Assembly (NCBI GenBank): GCA_022822865.1
Contig: JAJDYJ010000029.1
Coordinates: 26,440 to 90,439 of the forward strand
Origin: Pseudomonadales bacterium
Lineage (GTDB): Bacteria; Pseudomonadota; Gammaproteobacteria; Pseudomonadales; Pseudohongiellaceae
Reading direction: 5' to 3'
Length of the DNA: 64,000 bases
The translations under genes and the position numbers were made by a program. A model generated the notes under the pieces. It saw only the letters and a program-made list of their open reading frames with translations. It did no database searches and was not told where the DNA came from. The first letter of the stretch is position 1. Every line of letters starts with the position of its first letter. Shown here one piece after another: positions 61,040 to 64,000 of this stretch.

Positions 61040-61146
61040 CGCACCATTCCACCCTTACCGGACCGGGGTCCGACGGTATGCTTTCTGTTGCACTTTCCGT
61101 AGGCTCGCGCAGCCTTCCCCGAGTCAATCCGCGCGAAGCGAATTGT

Positions 61147-61232
61147 CCATATGCGCCGTCATCCTGCGCGAAGTCGCGGAATCCCGGCAGGTGGCCTCCC
61201 GGGGAAATTCTGCGACTCCGCTTCGCTCCGCA
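61147..61232. repeat. inverted pair of REP-like units downstream of the giant gene
   Basis: Unit 1 is CGTCATCCTGCGCGAAGTCGCGGAATCCC (61147-61175). Unit 2, read on the opposite strand, is CGTCATTCTGTGCGGAGCGAAGCGGAGTCGCAGAATTTCCCC (61191-61232). Together they can form a long imperfect hairpin. Confidence 0.6.
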
Positions 61233-61266
61233 CAGAATGACGGGTGGGGGCGGCCGGGTCTCTGAC

Positions 61267-64000
61267 CTATCGTGACATCGCCTCCCGCAGGGACTGCCGT
61301 TCCATACAGCTGAGCGCGTCCGCCACGGGGAGCCAGCCGGGCTGGCCGGCGGCGGCGCGGAAACTCGCCTCGGCGGGGGTCACGACCGTCGCGTCGTTGG
61401 CGCCGCCGGAGAAGGTCTGCGCCACCCGCAGCCAGCGCTCCACGTGGGCCGCGCCGCGCCAGGTCTCCCTTGCCCTCGCCGTCGCCCCGGATCGCAGTTG
61501 CGGGGAGATACAGCTTCCCGCGGCGAAACCGGGCATCGCATCCGGCCCGAATCCTCCCGGGGCGGTTTGCGGATTCCAGCGGTTGCCACCGGTTGCGGGT
61601 TGCGGATTCGTGGCGCCCACTTCGCCGGATTGACCCGTTGGCGTGATGCCGCCGATGACAGAACTCGTCGATGTGCCGCCATTGGCTCGTTCCAGACACT
61701 CCAGCGCCTCGCGCACTGGCGTCCAGCCGAACCACAGCTTCTCGCCGTCCTCCGCCTCCTCCACGGTGTAGGCCGCGGTCGGCGCGGCGGTCGGCCCCGT
61801 CCAGTCCGGCAGCGCCCTGTGGGTGTGCTCGCTCCGGTACGCGATCAGCACCCGGTACCAGTTCGCGCCGTAGTTCGGGGATTTGTTCGCGTTGGCGTCG
61901 TAGTAGCCCTTGACGGTTTTCCACTGGGTGCCGCTCACACAGGCGCCGATGGCGATCGCCGGCGCCGGGTCGTCGTTGTCGCGCACGGCGACCGTGGCCG
62001 TGTCGCCGGGGGGCGAAGCCACCGTGTAGCCCGCGCCGCCGTCGATGCTGACGCTGATCGAGCCGTCGGGCTCGTCGGCGCCGTCGTCCTCCGTGGCGAC
62101 GGTCAGGGTCGCGCTGCCGGAAGCGGGCACCGTGACGGTTCTGGATCCGTTGCCGCCGGAAGCCGCGAAATCGCCGCTCTGGGCCACCGTCACGTCGATG
62201 TCCAGCGGCGAGGCCGGCGCCGGGCTGGCGGTGACCGTGAAGCTCGCCGCCGCGCCCTCCGCCACATCGCCGCCGGCGGAGATGGAAATCTCGGAAACGG
62301 GCTCGTCGTCGTCGCGCACGGCGACCGACGCCGCGTCGTTCGGGGACGAGGCCACCGTGTAGCCCGCGCCGCCGTCGAGGCTGACGCTGACGGAGCCGTC
62401 GGGCTCGTCCGCGCTGTCGTTTACCGTGGCCACATCGATGCTGGCGGTGGTCGCGCCCGCGGCGAGGGTAACCGTGCGGGTTCCCGCGCCGGGGGCATCA
62501 AGATAGTCGCCGCTCTGGGCGACGCTGACGTTCACCGTCACGTCGGCGCCCGGCGCGGAGTCGGCGTGGACCGTGAACGACGCGCCGCTTCCCTCGTCCA
62601 CGGCGGAACCGGCCGACAGGCTGAGTTCGGGGTCGGGCGGCGGCGGGGGCGGGTCGGGTGGCGGCTCGGAAGTTTGCGGTTTTTCCAGACACTCCAGCAC
62701 TTCGCGCACCGGGGTCCAGCCGGACCACAGCTTTTCGCCTTCTTCCGCCTCTTCCGCGGTGAAGGCCGCGGTCGGCCGCGCCGTGGCGCCCTCCCAGTTC
62801 GGCAGCGCCTTTTCCGGGCGCGCCAGCCGGTAGGCGATCAGCAAGCGGTACCAGTTGGCGCCGTAGTTGGGGGATTTGTTCGCGTTGGCGTCGTAATAGC
62901 CCGCGACCTGGTCCCACTGGGCGTCGCTCACGCAGGAGGCGGGGGGCGGGTTGCCGGTTTTTGTGTCGCTGGTGTCCGTGTCGCCGCCATTGCCGTCTTT
63001 CGCGGAAACCTGGGTCACCGCGTCCCGCCGGGCCTCCGCCTGGACTTCCCCCCTGATCGTGAAGGTCCGGCTGTGCCCGTAGGACACCTCGTCATGGCCG
63101 TACAGTGAGGTGCCCGCCGGATTGGCGAGCGTGACGATGATCGTTTCGTCCCCTTCGGTTTCGCCGTCACGCAAATAGCGGATATAGAAATTCGTCCTGT
63201 CGAAGCCCGCGGGCCGGGCGGTCCCCTGGTCGCTGTCGTTGGCCCTTGAACAGCCGTCTGGACCAATTACCAGGGGGTGATTGCTGTGGTTGGTCACCGA
63301 GTAGTCCACATTCGGCGTCGCGGTGCCGGTGAAACAGAGCTGGAAACCATAGTCATTGGAAGACGGCACGATACCCGTAGGCGCTCCGAACCGATCATAC
63401 GCGATGACATTGCGCACAATCGCGAAATGCTGCCGGTCCCCCTCGGGACCGGTCAGATCGGCATTCGCCATGGGTCTGATGAAATCGCTGGCGCTGCGGC
63501 GCGGACCCAGAACCGGACCGACCGGGGGCGTGGCCAACTTCCGCTGATTCCCGTTCCCATCGGTATAACTGACATTCACAGCGATCCTCTTGCCCACATC
63601 ACCTTGCGTCAGGGTGTAGGTTGTGGCCGATGCCCCTGATTTTTGCAAGACCCGCCTACCATCGAAAACCCGAACCCATTCGTAGCTACTTATCGTGCCG
63701 TTACCGTCCGGGTCATCGACCGTCCGCGCCACCGTCAGCGTCTCCCCCAACCGGAGCGTGCCCTGAACCTCAAAGGTGGCGTCGCCGCTGTTTTCAGTGA
63801 CCGTGATCCGCTGTTCACTGGGACTCCCCAGATTGACGACGCTGGTGTCGTCAATCGTCAGAATGATCGTCTCGCCGTTGTCGCTGACACTGTCATTGAC
63901 AATCGTCAACGGGAAATCAACCGTGCCGAAGCGCGGCCTCCCGGCCGGGATCGTGAAGGTCGCGGTTCCGTTCGCGTAGGTGACGCCAGTGCCAAACGTG
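61267..64000 (-). CDS. giant secreted-type repeat protein, C-terminal part (frame open to the right edge): Ig-like and Calx-beta-like repeats plus an unrecognised Cys-bounded module
   Basis: Track ORF 61267..63909, and the frame stays open to position 64000. Calx-beta-like units include TVTLAAGATTASIDVATVNDSADEPDGSVSVSLDGGAGYTV...VAVRDDD (two copies). A proline linker reads EPPPDPPPPPPDPE. There are three roughly 85-aa C...C modules. Confidence 0.8.
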   Translation of the reverse strand, partial: TFGTGVTYANGTATFTIPAGRPRFGTVDFPLTIVNDSVSDNGETIILTIDDTSVVNLGSPSEQRITVTENSGDATFEVQGTLRLGETLTVARTVDDPDGNGTISSYEWVRVFDGRRVLQKSGASATTYTLTQGDVGKRIAVNVSYTDGNGNQRKLATPPVGPVLGPRRSASDFIRPMANADLTGPEGDRQHFAIVRNVIAYDRFGAPTGIVPSSNDYGFQLCFTGTATPNVDYSVTNHSNHPLVIGPDGCSRANDSDQGTARPAGFDRTNFYIRYLRDGETEGDETIIVTLANPAGTSLYGHDEVSYGHSRTFTIRGEVQAEARRDAVTQVSAKDGNGGDTDTSDTKTGNPPPASCVSDAQWDQVAGYYDANANKSPNYGANWYRLLIAYRLARPEKALPNWEGATARPTAAFTAEEAEEGEKLWSGWTPVREVLECLEKPQTSEPPPDPPPPPPDPELSLSAGSAVDEGSGASFTVHADSAPGADVTVNVSVAQSGDYLDAPGAGTRTVTLAAGATTASIDVATVNDSADEPDGSVSVSLDGGAGYTVASSPNDAASVAVRDDDEPVSEISISAGGDVAEGAAASFTVTASPAPASPLDIDVTVAQSGDFAASGGNGSRTVTVPASGSATLTVATEDDGADEPDGSISVSIDGGAGYTVASPPGDTATVAVRDNDDPAPAIAIGACVSGTQWKTVKGYYDANANKSPNYGANWYRVLIAYRSEHTHRALPDWTGPTAAPTAAYTVEEAEDGEKLWFGWTPVREALECLERANGGTSTSSVIGGITPTGQSGEVGATNPQPATGGNRWNPQTAPGGFGPDAMPGFAAGSCISPQLRSGATARARETWRGAAHVERWLRVAQTFSGGANDATVVTPAEASFRAAAGQPGWLPVADALSCMERQSLREAMSR

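Noticed and set aside
62570-62605. D-E-G-S-G-A-S in the giant protein, matching the ApbE flavinylation motif pattern
   Set aside because: It lies in a Calx-beta-like strand where E-G-x-G..F.V is the normal domain consensus. It is 20 kb from apbE and is not repeated in the sister unit (which has AEGAAASF). It is probably a chance match.
61690-62940. Possibility that the intragenic repeats are a template/variable repeat pair of a diversity-generating retroelement
   Set aside because: The differences are not confined to adenine positions, no reverse transcriptase gene is present in the window, and both copies are in-frame protein modules.

Overview
This is a GC-rich, gene-dense chromosomal segment. 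Its gene order looks gammaproteobacterial: gap-mfd-csiV-mtnP as in Pseudomonas, cysS/glnS-ppiB-lpxH, and an E. coli-type nuo operon with fused nuoCD.

Layout, left to right:
- Housekeeping genes, mostly on the minus strand: asd (partial), leuD, leuC, aroC, prmB, folE (plus strand), an OmpA-like protein, a small membrane protein and gpsA.
- A complete 13-gene nuoA-N operon (7893-22518, minus).
- Directly upstream of nuoA and on the same strand, a roughly 19-20 kb accessory block (22617-41201, possibly extending to apbE at 42344). It encodes two TonB-dependent receptors, each preceded by a small secreted His/Cys protein. It also holds two tandem copies of an ABC module (ATPase plus two large ABC-2 permeases) and a MerC-like membrane protein. 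The last part is a tightly coupled set: receptor, membrane-anchored CobN-like chelatase that appears to face the periplasm, polytopic membrane protein, ExbB-like channel, and a DUF2149-like single-pass protein.
- To the right: long-form gap, mfd, csiV-like, mtnP, a lower-GC S8 peptidase next to a tRNA-Pro/His/Arg cluster, ppk2, cysS, glnS, ppiB, lpxH, a DUF1289-like gene, acnB, a decayed mrr restriction gene, and the 3' part of a giant repeat protein that runs off the window.

I consider the receptor/CobN-like/ExbB-like/DUF2149-like set the most interesting system. I propose it is a periplasmic chelatase or dechelatase powered by proton-motive force (PMF).

Other observations:
- A structured intergenic repeat family with three copies, whose arms covary between copies.
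- A leader upstream of the second receptor with motifs resembling a cobalamin riboswitch.
- A sharply AT-rich synonymous patch inside leuD.
- A 5-bp tandem duplication that inactivates mrr.
- An unrecognised Cys-bounded protein module in the giant protein.

I saw no rRNA, CRISPR array, transposase, integrase or prophage genes.

Limits: all family assignments come from motif recognition by eye. No BLAST, HMM or covariance-model search was run, and the DUF names are recalled from memory. Many long antisense ORFs in the track are GC-driven shadow ORFs and are not called.
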